A DNA stretch of 64,000 nt, taken from positions 62,001 to 126,000 of the forward strand of contig MU058748.1 of the NCBI GenBank assembly GCA_013265495.1, given 5' to 3'. The DNA is from Vicugna vicugna. Taxonomy: Eukaryota. The position numbers and the translations under genes were made by a program. This document shows, one piece after another, positions 52,106-64,000 of this stretch. Numbering within the stretch: the stretch's first letter is position 1; each line of letters starts with the position of its first letter. The notes under the pieces were generated by a model. That model was not told where the DNA came from and did no database searches. It saw only the letters and a list, made by a program, of their open reading frames with translations.

Positions 52106-55092
52106 GTTTAAAATTTTGCATATCTTAATATAGTAGCTTGTATGCTTATCATGCATTAAAAAGGCCTACGTTCTAAATCCTTTTATTAATAGTCTCAGAA
52201 CTAGAAACAAGTGTGAGGGAGGTAGAATGTACTGGATCTTTCCCATTATCTACTATATAGTATATACTATAATAGAAATTATTTTATTTTATATTAAATA
52301 TTATAAGGCAATCCTTCTATGAATATAATTTTTAAAATTCCAGAGTATCTGTGCCCCAGAAGAAACCAGTAAAATTTCCTAACATTTCTTCTGTGACTCT
52401 AAACCTATCAGAAGTTGCATCTTGCTAATTGCAAAGCCAGTTTCCTAAGGGGAAGCACTGCTCAAAAGAATGCATAAAACAACATTTATCTCACAGTCAT
52501 TCCTTGGAAATAGTTTACAACTTCACAGACTATTGAAAAAGATATTTTAAATTAAAATCACAATTCTTTGGAGGTGATTTATAGTGAGAAACATGGCAGG
52601 TAAAGAATATTCTAGTGGACATATGTCATACTGGGTTCCCTACATACACTTCCATTGCTTTGCAAAGACATAATGTATAAGACGACAGAATATAAATTTT
52701 CAAAATCTAGGGCAAGTTGGCACAATTAATTAAACTCAGGCTTGCATAAACTGGAATATCTGTGTCCTATCCCTGACTATAGTTCCTGAATATCTGTGTC
52801 TAACTCTTGACTCTTCATCATGATTTTTGTGTTTATCTGTTTGTAACTCATCCTTTCTATATTTATGTTTCAGGCTATGCAGCTGTTTCATGTGTGCAGT
52901 GATTCAATCTAAAACAAAGACAATGTACTTCTCATAAAATAATTATTTTTTACCTTATGAATAATTTTGAAAGATTAGTAACTAATCTGAAGATGTTTGT
53001 TTTAGTTGATAATTTATAAGTGACTTCCATGGTACACGTTGCTGTATTATGCAGAAGGACTTCATTGTGGAGTTCTTAAAATAGTACCTGATAGTAACAT
53101 GATGTTTATTAATGACCTGATTTTCTATTGAAGATTTCTGCTTAGCATTTATGTAAAAACCAATGTATTTATAAATATATCCACATTTATTTTCATAAAA
53201 ATATTTAGAGAATTTTGTTTTGGATATTTCTTTTGTAATAGTGCCCTTTGCAAAGAAAGTCAGATTTTTGAAGTATGTCTGAATGGAAATGAATAGCATT
53301 TGAAGACATTTTCTACTTTGCCCAAATATTTATTAGCACACTTCTATATATTATATGTTATATGTAATATACTTATAATAGTAAATTACGTATTATAGTA
53401 TGAATCACTAATTCCCAGCATAAGTAAATATGTTATTACTGTATACAAAAGAAGCTTTCTTAAAAGTCATATATACACCAGGCTTTAGGCTCTCTGAATA
53501 TCAAGCCATGTTTTCCCACTGACTGACAATGTTATTTCAGAGATGTGTTCCCCCCAAAAAGAAAAAATGGCTCCTGTGCCTCATAAAATGTCATGATAGA
53601 ATTAAACAAACCTTTTACAATTTCAAAATTTTAAATATATTAATATTTTATAATAAAATATAATATGTACAGTATTACATATAATGTGTACTGTCAATAA
53701 AATATGTCCAGTAAGACTGGAGTCAAATACTATGCCTATATTCTAGGACAGTACTGAAAACCTATGAAGACTGGGTCTAAATTATGGAGGAAGCAGCATT
53801 AGCTTACATAAAATTAATGTCTTCCTAAAAATTATTTAAGAATCTTTTTATAGTGTTTGTGTTTATTTCATCATGGCTCTATGTGTTCAGTTACTAGATC
53901 TCCTCTAGATGTAGTGATTACAGATGATAGAGCTGTCCAAGAAATGCAAAATGGAATTTTTAGTACTCTTAAGAAACAAGTGAAGCTATTCATAAATGCA
54001 ACATTGACATAAATAATTTAACAATCTATGAGAATTTAAGATGAGAAAATTTTCTTTACTATCCCATGTTTGAAAACAAGGAAGTTTTGTTCTTCCCAGT
54101 TTAAACTACAGCCATGTCTTTTGGTTTATCCTGAACTTTTGCTTTCTGTAGAAAATAAGTAGCACTTTTAATCATAAACAATGGCACTGTTAGCTTGTAA
54201 GAATTTTTTTTTCTGGATAATGACTGTCATATTCCCTTCTGCCTCAGAAAAGTAATCTTTGACATAAAAATCACTTACTCTTAATGACGGTGATCATTCA
54301 TAGACACTGGCAGAAATAGGTTCATGCCACATTATTCCAAATGAGTTTTACATTAAATGTCATATTTTTTATAACTGTTTTTCTAAAGTTTGTGTTCTCT
54401 TATTCCCAAAAATAGATTTGAGGAAAATAGAACTGATCTTAGAACTGTAGAATGTAACAATTTGCCCATATTTCCTCAGAAACAGAATAAAATTTTCTGA
54501 AGATATTCTCATAGTGCTTCATTTGAAGTGATTGCTTCTGGTTTTGTTTTGACAAAATTATAAGAAAAATCAGAGGTAAACTTATTTAAGTTTTTAATAT
54601 AATTTGGAAATATTTATTTGGGCTTTTAAACTTACTGTTTTTCTTAAGAATTTAAATTTCTACAAGTGAAGAAATGGACACTTTTTTGCTTTTGTTTGCC
54701 TAGAAGTTGAGCAAATATGGGTGAGCATTACACATAAGGTTGGTAATTTATACAGACAGGGTGGTCATACCTGACCCGAGAAGCTGAAGTTTTACCTTGC
54801 AACATTTCCATCTGCAGTGAAAGCTGTCTCACATCTTGTTTGGTAATTTTGAAGACATTGAAGCATTTTATTGCATAGGCAATTTTACTATCTTCATGAC
54901 CAATAAACCATATATCATATTTTTTGGAAAGGAATTAAATATTGGAAGGCTATAAGATAGCCTATAGAATTACAAGATCTTCATTTTTTTTTCTTATTAA
55001 TTTGCCTCAGCAAGTTTTCCGTGTCAGTATACTAATTTGCATATGTTCACCTCATTCTTTCAGATTGCTTCATGGTATTTCATTTTATGGAT

Positions 55093-55598
55093 GAGTATCA
55101 GTCATCTGTTGCTGTGAAACAAACCACCCCTAAGCTTAATCGCTTTAAAAAGTCAGCTGCACAGTTCTTTGGGTCTAATCCAGTTTGATTGTTCTCTGGT
55201 GAGCTTTCTCCTGCCTCTGTGGTCAGCTGGCAGGTCAGCTGGTGGCTATGTTGTTCTAGGATGGCCTCATTCAGACTCGGGAGGTTGGCAGCTATCAGCC
55301 AGCATGCCTCAGTTCTCCAAGTGGCCTGTCATCTTCCCACAGGCTGGCTCGGGCTCACTCATATGGTGTGTCAGGATTTCAGGTATAACAAGAGAATAGG
55401 CCCTAATGAATGAGCATTTTTCCAACCACTGCTTGTTTCACATACTGCTAATCAGCCAAAGGAAGTTACATAAACAATCCAGAATCAAGGAGGGGAGAAA
55501 AAGGCTTGAGCTTTTGTCAGAGCTGTTTGCAAATCACGATATAAGGACAGAGACGAAGTGAGGGTAAGAATTTGTGACTGAATTTACAGTCGACCACG
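55093..55598. mobile_element. MaLR (MLT1-type) LTR nested in an old L1
   Basis: gtatcagtcatctgttgctgtgaaacaaaccacccctaagctt...cagttctttgggtc...gcagctatcagcc. Flanked by L1ME-like tttcattttatggatg and gttatttaggttgcttcc. Confidence 0.65.
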
Positions 55599-55699
55599 GT
55601 ATGGATCATACTTTATGCATTCACTCTCTTACTGATGGTTATTTAGGTTGCTTCCAACTCTTTACCATTACAAGAGGAGTTGCAATAAACATCTTGTTT

Positions 55700-57525
55700 T
55701 TTTAACAGATAATATTTTTAGGGCAGTTTTTGATTCAGAGCAAGCTTGATTGGAATGTAAAGAGTGTACTAGTGTTGCCTTTTCCAGAATGTGATACAGT
55801 TGGAAATACATTGTAAGTAGCCTTTTCAAATTGTGTTCTTTCACTCTGTAATATGCATTTACATTTTCTCTATGTCTTTTCATAGCTTGTTAGCTTATTT
55901 CTTTTTAATGATGACTAATATTCCATTTCCGGAGTGTTCCATGATTTATTTAACCACTCACCTCCTGAAGAACATCTTGGTCACTTTCAAGCTTAGGCAA
56001 CTATGAATAAAGCTACTATAAACCTTTGTGTACAGGTTTTGTGGGTATAATATTTCAACTCCTTTGGGTAAATACCAAAGGGCATGATTTATGGATTCTA
56101 TGGTAAACGTATGTTTAGCTTTGTAAGAACTTGCCAAACTCTCCTTCAAAGTGTCTGTACCATTTTGCATTCCCACCAGCATTGAATGAGAATTCCTGTT
56201 GATCAACATCCTGGTGGTGTTATTGTTCAGAAATTGGCCATTTAAATAGGCATGTAGAGGTGTATCTCATTGTTGTAAAATTGCATTTCCCTGATGTAAT
56301 ATGGTGTAGAACATCTTTTTATATGCTTATTTGTTATCTGTATACCTTCTTTGCTGAAGTGTCTGTTAAGGATCTTTAGCCCATTTTTTTTTTAAATGGA
56401 TTGTTTGTTTTCTTATTGGTTTTTAAAAGTTGTTTGTATATTTTGGTTAATAGTCCTTTATCAGGTGTGTCTTTTGCAAATATTTTCTCCAAGTCTGTGC
56501 CTTGTCTTTTTATTCTCTTGACAGCATCTTTTGCAGAGCGGAAGTTTCTATTTTGCAAAATCCAGCTTATCAATTATTTCTTCCATGGATTGTCCCTATG
56601 GTTTTCTAATTTAAAAGTCATCTCCATATCCAAGGTTGTCTAGATTTTCTCCTTTGTTATCTTCTAGAATTTTGATAGTTCTGTGTTTTGGATCCAATTT
56701 TTGTAAAGATGGAAGCTGTGTTTATATTCATTTTTATTTATTTTTTGCATGTGGAATTCCAGTTTTTCCAGCACCATTTGTTGAGAAGACCATCTTTTCT
56801 CCATTGTATTGCCTTTGTGCCTTTGTGCCTTTGTCACAGATCAGTTTTTGTTGGTCTATTTGGGAACTCTGTTGTATTTCACTGCTCTATTTGTCTGTTC
56901 GTTTGCCCTACTACACTGTCTTGATTACTGTAGCCTTATAGTAAGTATGGAAGACAGCTAATGCCAGTCCTCCAATTTTGTTATTCTTCTTCAACATTGT
57001 GTTACTAGTCTGAGTCTTCTGCTAATTGTGAAAATTTAGAATGAACCTCAAAATCAGTTCCTCTATATCCACAAAATGACTTGCTAAATTTTGATTGGGA
57101 TTGCATTGAATCTATAGATCAAGTTTGGAAGAACTGCCATCTTTACATTATTGAGTCTTCCTATCTATGAACATGGAATATCTCTCCATTTACTTGGTTC
57201 TTCTTTGTTGTCTTTCTACAGAGGTTTTCTCATGTGGAGGAATACATATTTTGTACATATTTTGTTAGATTTATACTCAAGTTTTCCTTTTTTTTTTAAG
57301 TTCCAAATGTCCATAGTATTGTGTTTTTAATTTTAAATGCCACTTGTTTATTGCTGGTAAGATGGAAAAGATTGACTTTTGTATATTAACTCTGTATTTT
57401 GAAAACCTTGTATAATTGGTTATTAGTTCTAGGAGTACTTTTGGATTTTTTTACATTGATAATAATATCACCTGTGAACAAAGGTAGTTTTATTTCTTTC
57501 TTCCAAACCTATATGCCTTTTATCA
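55700..57525 (-). mobile_element. L1MB-like element, antisense
   Basis: ORF2 C-terminal remnants (KRIKRQGTDLEKIFAK, FQHHLLRR on the opposite strand) and the 3' UTR. Confidence 0.85.
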
Positions 57526-60500
57526 TATACAATCTTTAAAGGGAAAATTTGTAGCAGTGCTTTCTGAAGTATATCCTGTAGATACAGGATATGAGTAGCT
57601 TAGGAGCTATGAGGTTAAACAATATTACCTAAGTATGGTAGATGTGGTGATGCATGACTAGGAGCGTGGTGGACGCGGTGTTTCATTGCCCTAAGCCCTC
57701 TTCAATAAAGAACATGTTGCCCTAGTGTTAGGGAGTGCTCTATGCAGACATTCTTTGGAGTCAACCCCTTTTTCCTTTCCTTGGGGATTTCCCTCTGCAT
57801 CAGAGAGCTGTCTTGTCCAGAGTCATTTCCTCCCGGAAAGCCCACGTGCAGTGACTGATGGGGTACATGGGCATCTTTGCCTAATTCTGGATGGTTCTGA
57901 GATTGTTTTAGCTCCAAATTCTACTTGTTATTGAGACTGTGTGCAGGTGACTCAAAAACTTACATTTCTTGTTCAAATTTCTCTTCTGAGCTTGGGATCT
58001 GTGAATGACAATAATAATAATAATAAATGGCATCAAAATAATTACCTTATGCCAGAACCCATTCTAAATAATTCTAAGGTATTGACTCAGATTATCCTAT
58101 TAACTACTTGACATCCTCTTTTGGATAGCTCAAGGATGTCTCCAATTCAACTTTTTCAAAGCCAAACTCATAATTTCATCCTTTTAAACCAGGCTCTTTT
58201 ATAGTGTTTTCATGAATAATATCACTCTCCATCAGTTATATAAGGCAGAAACCTGTGCATCCTTCTCTTTACCCATACATATCTTTCCTCATAAAGTTCT
58301 TTCAATTTTAATGTCAAAATGTAAGTTAATTTTCTTTACTTCTTTAATCTTTTTTATTTTAAATTGTAGTATCACTTAAATAGTTTTATTTACTATTATT
58401 GAATCCTTTCTACTTTAACTTACAAGTATAACTTAGGTTTCTTTTTAAAAAATATATTATTTGGGTGCCTACAAACTGCTGAACACTGATTTCTTGTATA
58501 TTATCTTAATTAGATATTTCAGGAACCTAGTGCATCCAGGCATAGTCATGTAGACACTGGAGTTTGTAGACGCTCAGTATATTGCTCAGTTAGGTGGCAA
58601 AACTGGGTTTTGAATACAGGTCAACCTGATTCTGAACTGATTTTGTCACACCATGATGCCTCACATTTATTTTCTAGAAAATGAACTTTAGATAATTCTG
58701 AACAGATGTTTTGAAACTTTTATAAATATATATTTAGAAAATAATATAATACACATTTTTTCTATCAAAAGTATCTATTTCTAATATTTTAAAAATATTG
58801 TTTGAAATAATCCATTGAACTATACAAAATAGATGATATTATTCCCATTTGATTGATGAGAAGTGTATAAACCAGTAAATTACGGGCAGCAGTGACATTC
58901 AGGTATAAATTTCCAGCTAAACTAAAGTTCTGTGTTGTTAAATACTTTGTTATAATACCTACTTGAAAGAATAAACCTTAAAATGCTGAAGCAACAATGC
59001 ATTGTTAAAATAAAATTACAGATGTTACTAACCTTGAAACTATAAGAATGTAGAACCTGAACACTGAAAATAGGACAGAAAATTAAAGGCTGTCTATGGG
59101 GAATATGTACAAGCTTAAATAAGAAGCACAAAGTTGGAAGTTTAGTCAACTAATGACAATAAAAGACTAATTCTATGTCTTCTGTAATGTCTCCCTGACT
59201 AAAATTCACAAAATTACATTTAGTCTCTTAATTGAAAAATTAATTTCAAACTAGGGCAATCTCTATAAGTAGCAGATGTTATGATTGTAATAATATTGGG
59301 TTCATTTCTTATTTCATTAACTGTATTACCTTTTTTTTTCCCCTTCGTCCTTCAAAAATGATCCCTAACTTCAAGAAGTTAGAAAAGTGGCAGCTATTGG
59401 TATCTGGGGAAAATCTATGCATCTTTCCTTTTTCCAAAAGTGTACTCTAGGGTTCCTATGAGGTTATTGATTTAAAATCTACCTTATAGGAGAGTTACCT
59501 TAAGGCAAACAGTTGATGCTAAGTACATGGAATTAATTTCCCTATGTTAATATGTGGATTAAGATGGAACAGGAACATCCATCCACAGCCCTTAAATCAC
59601 ATTGTTCAGAATTGTGCTTTTTTCAAAGAATAGTACTTAATACACCTGGAAAAACCCAATAATTATCATTCATGAAACCCAGTATAGGTCTGTACCATTT
59701 AAAAGTACAAATACAGAGCACTTTGTGTAAACACATGCTAGCATTTCCAGGTTATTTTCAAGCAAGTATGATGATGACGTTTGGGTGGCATTCTAGGGGG
59801 AAAAAATGAGGCTGGTTTGCCTAAAAATCCAAGAGATTAGTATTAAATCGTCTTCAAAAGCATAGCATGTGTGTTCTTGACTTGGCTGTAAAATAAGTTT
59901 TATATGAAATGGTCAATGATGTGGAGCATTGTACACAGTTTTCAAAGGTCATTTCAGATTTGTACATTTACTATGCTTGCTTCTTAAAGATTAATTCCTC
60001 AGCTTTTGTTCTGTGAAAGTATTTTACTCCAAATTTCAGGTTATTCCCTAAGTAATACCTAAGCTCTTCCTTAAATGCATATTCTTTTTTGTTTCCAGAG
60101 TGTTTCTAAATGACCTTTCTAGAGTATCTTAAAGTAACTGTTTATTTAAGAAAAACTATAAATTTTTACCAAAGAAACATATTTCTTATTTAAACCATAA
60201 GTGAAGTTGAACTTATGTTCTTAAAATTATTGTAGCAAAAAGCTGATATATTTAGTTATATTTATCTTTCTATAAATAGGAACAATTCTTGTTTATAGCC
60301 CACGAGTTCTGTGGCTTACTGACACTATACTTGTTCGGACAAAGGTATATTATCATTGGCTAAAAAAGGTATATGATTGCATTTAAGTGTAATTGGCAGA
60401 GATGGTATAGGACTTAAAAATGGGAATTCATGTGATAAACACAATGTCAAAAAAGGGGAAGTTTGAGGACCATTGATATTACTTGGTGACATTGCTTCTT

Positions 60501-61049
60501 TCCATGACAGCATTTACAGTTGTCGATTCACTATGTTTTGATAAGTGATGAAGTTTTTTACGCTTCCAAAATGCTGTCCCAGGTTTTCGAAAACTACAAG
60601 GGATAACTATGATCAAAATTTCTGAATGTATTTCTCAGGGATATATTTTTAAAAGACTCTCAGCTATTTCCACTTCACTTCTACTTTAGGTAATTATTGT
60701 TAGACAACCATGATAGGAAGAAAAATGAATCAAATCCATTGATTTGCACACTTAAGAATGTTGTTGTTGCGTATGATAAATCAATTGATAGTGATGGGAA
60801 AAACATTGGGCACTACTGGCCTGAGAATTACTAGATTTTTTTTTTTACTGTAGTGAATACTATTTATATTGCACTAACATACTATACAAATTTTTAATTT
60901 AAATGTCAACAGTTTAAAACTAGTAAAAATAAATCTGGTAAACCTTTACTTGTTGTGACAAAGCAAATAAGCTTTGATATTATTTCCTGAACACATACTT
61001 TTATTCATTCCTCATATATAAAATTATGGTCTTATGTATCTAGCCTTAT

Positions 61050-62110
61050 ATGACTTTTCACTCATAATGACCATATTTAAGTATATCAATCACTTGGATA
61101 GCAGTTCTAGCTGAGTTCCTGAAGACAACAAAGACAAACCCAGACCTACTGATATGCATCAGTTCCAATCAATATGAATAACTTGTCATTAATAAGGGGA
61201 ATGAGCCCAGTATCATCTACTTGTCCCCAATAAATTGGCTGACTCTTAACGGATGGTGCCAGGTCAGTCAGCACTGGTCTCTGTGGCTGTCAGAACAGAC
61301 AATCAGCAGTGGTTGTAGACAGATCAGCCTTGGTGAATGGAAGCTATATTGTCAAGTTCCTGTTTAGCCTCCATCCCTCCCACCATGGTTATTTTACTCA
61401 TGTATCTATTGTGCTAGCACTTGGCTGTCCAGTGATAGGCTGGCAGAAGTCAATTGGCTTAATCACTTCATCTTCTTGGTTGTTTAGTACTTTTTACATG
61501 GTACATGGTAAATACTATCTAGTTAGCATTAATGTAAGATTCAGTTGTCTTCATATCTTATGATCACCTCTATAAGTCCATCAAAGTGACTCTTCCTCAG
61601 TCCTCCTTATCTCCAATCTTCTAAACTTTATTGGTCCAGGTTACTAAACAACCATTGAAGTTCTTCATGACTCTCATAAGTCAATATATATTCTTATCTT
61701 GGTCCATTCTTACTTACAGACAGAGTGAATTGGACTTTCCTAACTTCTGTCCTTCAGGACCACTCCTGATTTTGGCTTTAGTGCAGCAGCAGTCTTTTAT
61801 TAATATTCAGTCCATACTGAGCAAACCCAACTATTAAGCAAGGTTGACCTTTTCCTCCTCCATTGATTTGTCAAAAGGTAACCCAATGTGGGCATGCTTT
61901 TAGCTGAGAGAACAACCATAGTGTGATAGCAATGGATGACATCATTCTCTCTTCTTAGGTAGTATATTTGTGCGCCTTGGCTCTGCTTCTGCCTGATCTT
62001 GAATGCACCACCTCCAGGTTATAATGGATTCCTGTTTTGCTAGTCTTATCTTGAATTGTTGACTTTGATCAAACTTAGTTTTTGATGGGCAGTTCTGATC
62101 ATATGATCTA
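61050..62110 (-). mobile_element. ERVL/MaLR internal region remnant
   Basis: agatcagccttggtgaatggaagc, cttcatcttcttggtt, ccactcctgattttggc and tttgatgggcagttctg resemble the MaLR/ERVL internal consensus. Heavily degraded. Confidence 0.55.
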
Positions 62111-62171
62111 ATATCAGAAAAATTTCCAAAAAAGCAAAAATTAGTAAATATGCTTAAAATCATTTTGCAGG

Positions 62172-62546
62172 TTTACTTGGTCTTTTTTTTTTTGCATTTA
62201 ATTCTTTTTTGTTTGTTTGTTTGTTTGTTTTTCTTTTAACATTTTTTATTGATTTATAATCATTTTACAGTGTTGTGTCAAATTCCAGCACAATTTTTCA
62301 GTCATTCATGGTCATATACACACTCATTGTCACATTTTTTTCTCTGTGATTTATCATAACATTTTGTGTATATTTCCCTGTGCTATACAGTGTAATTTTG
62401 TTTATCTATTCTACAATTTTGAAATCCCAGTCTATCCCTTCCCACCCTCTACCCCCCTGGTAACCACAAGTCTGTATTCTCTGTCCATGAGTCTTTAGAT
62501 TCCACATATGAGCAATCTCATATGGTATTTTTCTTTACTTGGTCTT
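62172..62546 (-). mobile_element. Young L1 3' end, antisense, 13-bp TSD
   Basis: TSD tttacttggtctt (62172-62184 and 62534-62546). Same subfamily as 50139-50505. Confidence 0.9.
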
Positions 62547-62569
62547 ATTATATTGAGAAAGTGTGATGG

Positions 62570-63560
62570 AAAAATACAGATGTCTGCTTATATAGATATT
62601 GATCAGCAAATTGACAAACATTTTAGCAAATTAAATCCAAGATGTATAAAAATATGGGCAAAGTTGACTATATTAAAACTGATATAATAAAATTGTGGGG
62701 AAAAAGTATTAAAGAATTTACACAGAATGTGGACAGCAGAAATTTAGGGTCCAGAATATACACAGAGCTTTAGAAATTAATAAGGTAAAGAAACCTCCCC
62801 TCTGACAAATGGCCACAGTGCAACAATATAATTCAATAAAGAGGAAATCCACATGATTAATAAAAAAGTTATATACTGAACCTTATCAATAAAATGCAAC
62901 ATAAATAATTTTTAAACGTAGTTTGTAAAAAAATGAATCTCTCTCATATTTCCAGCTTGGGGAAGAATTTAGAACATCAGAAATCAACAGCAATTTCCAC
63001 CACTGTTGGCAATGTGCACTGGTATCAGCATTTTGGAGAGCAGGTTCACAATATTTAGTAGAGTCAAACATACGCAACATTTGCTGCAATAGATATCTCA
63101 GCGGTGTCATTCTTCAGTGTAGTCCTCGGACCAAGAGGAGATAAGGTGACATTTGTAGTATTTTTCATCATAGATGCTTAAATATAAAAATTTGGAAAAG
63201 CCTAAATGTTTAGCAGTGAAACAATGACTATATTGTGGTTTAATCATAAAAAAGAATGAAAATTTATGAACCAGAGCTACACACAGAGGGAGAGAGAGAG
63301 AGAGAGGACACGATTATTAGACTATTTGAAGAAGTTCAAAGTTATATAAAAATATACAAAAATAAACATTTTAAGATACATAAGCATAAAGCAAAATTAT
63401 TAAGAAAGGTACCTGATAAGTAAGGATAAAGGGAGTGATTAGGCGGGAGTAAGGCAAATTGTGGGGAAGGAGGATAGTGCACCAATGGAGAGCTATAGAA
63501 CTACATAGTAGGTTTTAAAAATGATTTTTTCCAGTATGTGATAGATACTCCGGTATTCTT
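62570..63560 (+). mobile_element. Degraded old L1ME-like fragments
   Basis: gtccagaatatacacagagc, tggaaaagcctaaatgt and similar motifs. Fragmentary. Confidence 0.45.
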
Positions 63561-63982
63561 TACATTATTTTATACCTTCTATATCCATCTGCAGTGTTTT
63601 AGACTACATTCTTTGCAATCCTCCAAATGGGAAAAAGAAAAATCCATCAAGCACTCTCGCTACTTCCAACCTGTCATTCCAAGTTTGCAGAAACTCGAAG
63701 GTAGGATATTTTCTACTTCAATATTTCTGTGTCTCCTTAGTATTTAATTTCAAATATAGTCCATGTCAAATAAATGATCTTCAATCACTTGCTCCTCTTC
63801 CTTTAAGTCAAAAATTGGGAACAGACATTGTGTAGGGAGTAATAAAACACCTACTTAGAGGGAGAAACTGTACCACATAACCATTGCCCGTTACTAAATT
63901 TAGCATTAGATCAGTTTTAAATACTGAAGTAGCAGAAGAAATTTGAAATTAAAAAAAAAGAAATCTTTGCTTATATTTCAAA

Positions 63983-64000
63983 CTCTAACTCTAACCCTAA
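63983..64000. repeat. Telomere-like hexamers ctctaa ctctaa ccctaa at the window edge
   Basis: Three hexamers; only the last is the canonical CCCTAA. Confidence 0.4.

Noticed and set aside
52751..52812. Short imperfect tandem duplication (gaatatctgtgtc...tgact x2)
   Set aside because: Only two degenerate units, consistent with ordinary slippage and not an array.
1..64000. CRISPR arrays, tRNA/rRNA genes, prokaryotic-type systems
   Set aside because: This is mammalian intronic/intergenic DNA. I saw no repeat-spacer array and no recognisable tRNA or rRNA.

Overview
AT-rich mammalian genomic DNA. The young L1 3' ends resemble camelid (alpaca/camel) L1 families; this comes from recollection, not a database search. 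No confidently identifiable protein-coding exon is present. The window holds a CpG-island promoter cluster (about 7.3-8.3 kb, 9.0-9.1 kb and 9.9-11.2 kb) and probable 5' exons of a + strand gene (about 7600-7715, 10782-10797/10902/10930 and 14260-14334). These are followed by about 50 kb of apparent intron filled with L1, L2, MIR, MaLR and ERV1 LTR remnants. The gene is not securely identified; SLC44A5 is only a tentative guess. The most unusual observation is two independent ~1 kb antisense insertions (about 4590-5603 and 30794-31806). They share the same L1 3' segment fused at the same junction to the same ~130 bp non-L1 head, which suggests a discrete non-autonomous L1-derived chimeric retroposon family. 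Other notable items are a twin-primed L1 with a 13-bp TSD, a solo ERV1 LTR with a tandem MYB-type motif, a possible 16-nt micro-exon, and telomere-like hexamers at the right edge. Coordinates of old repeats are approximate.
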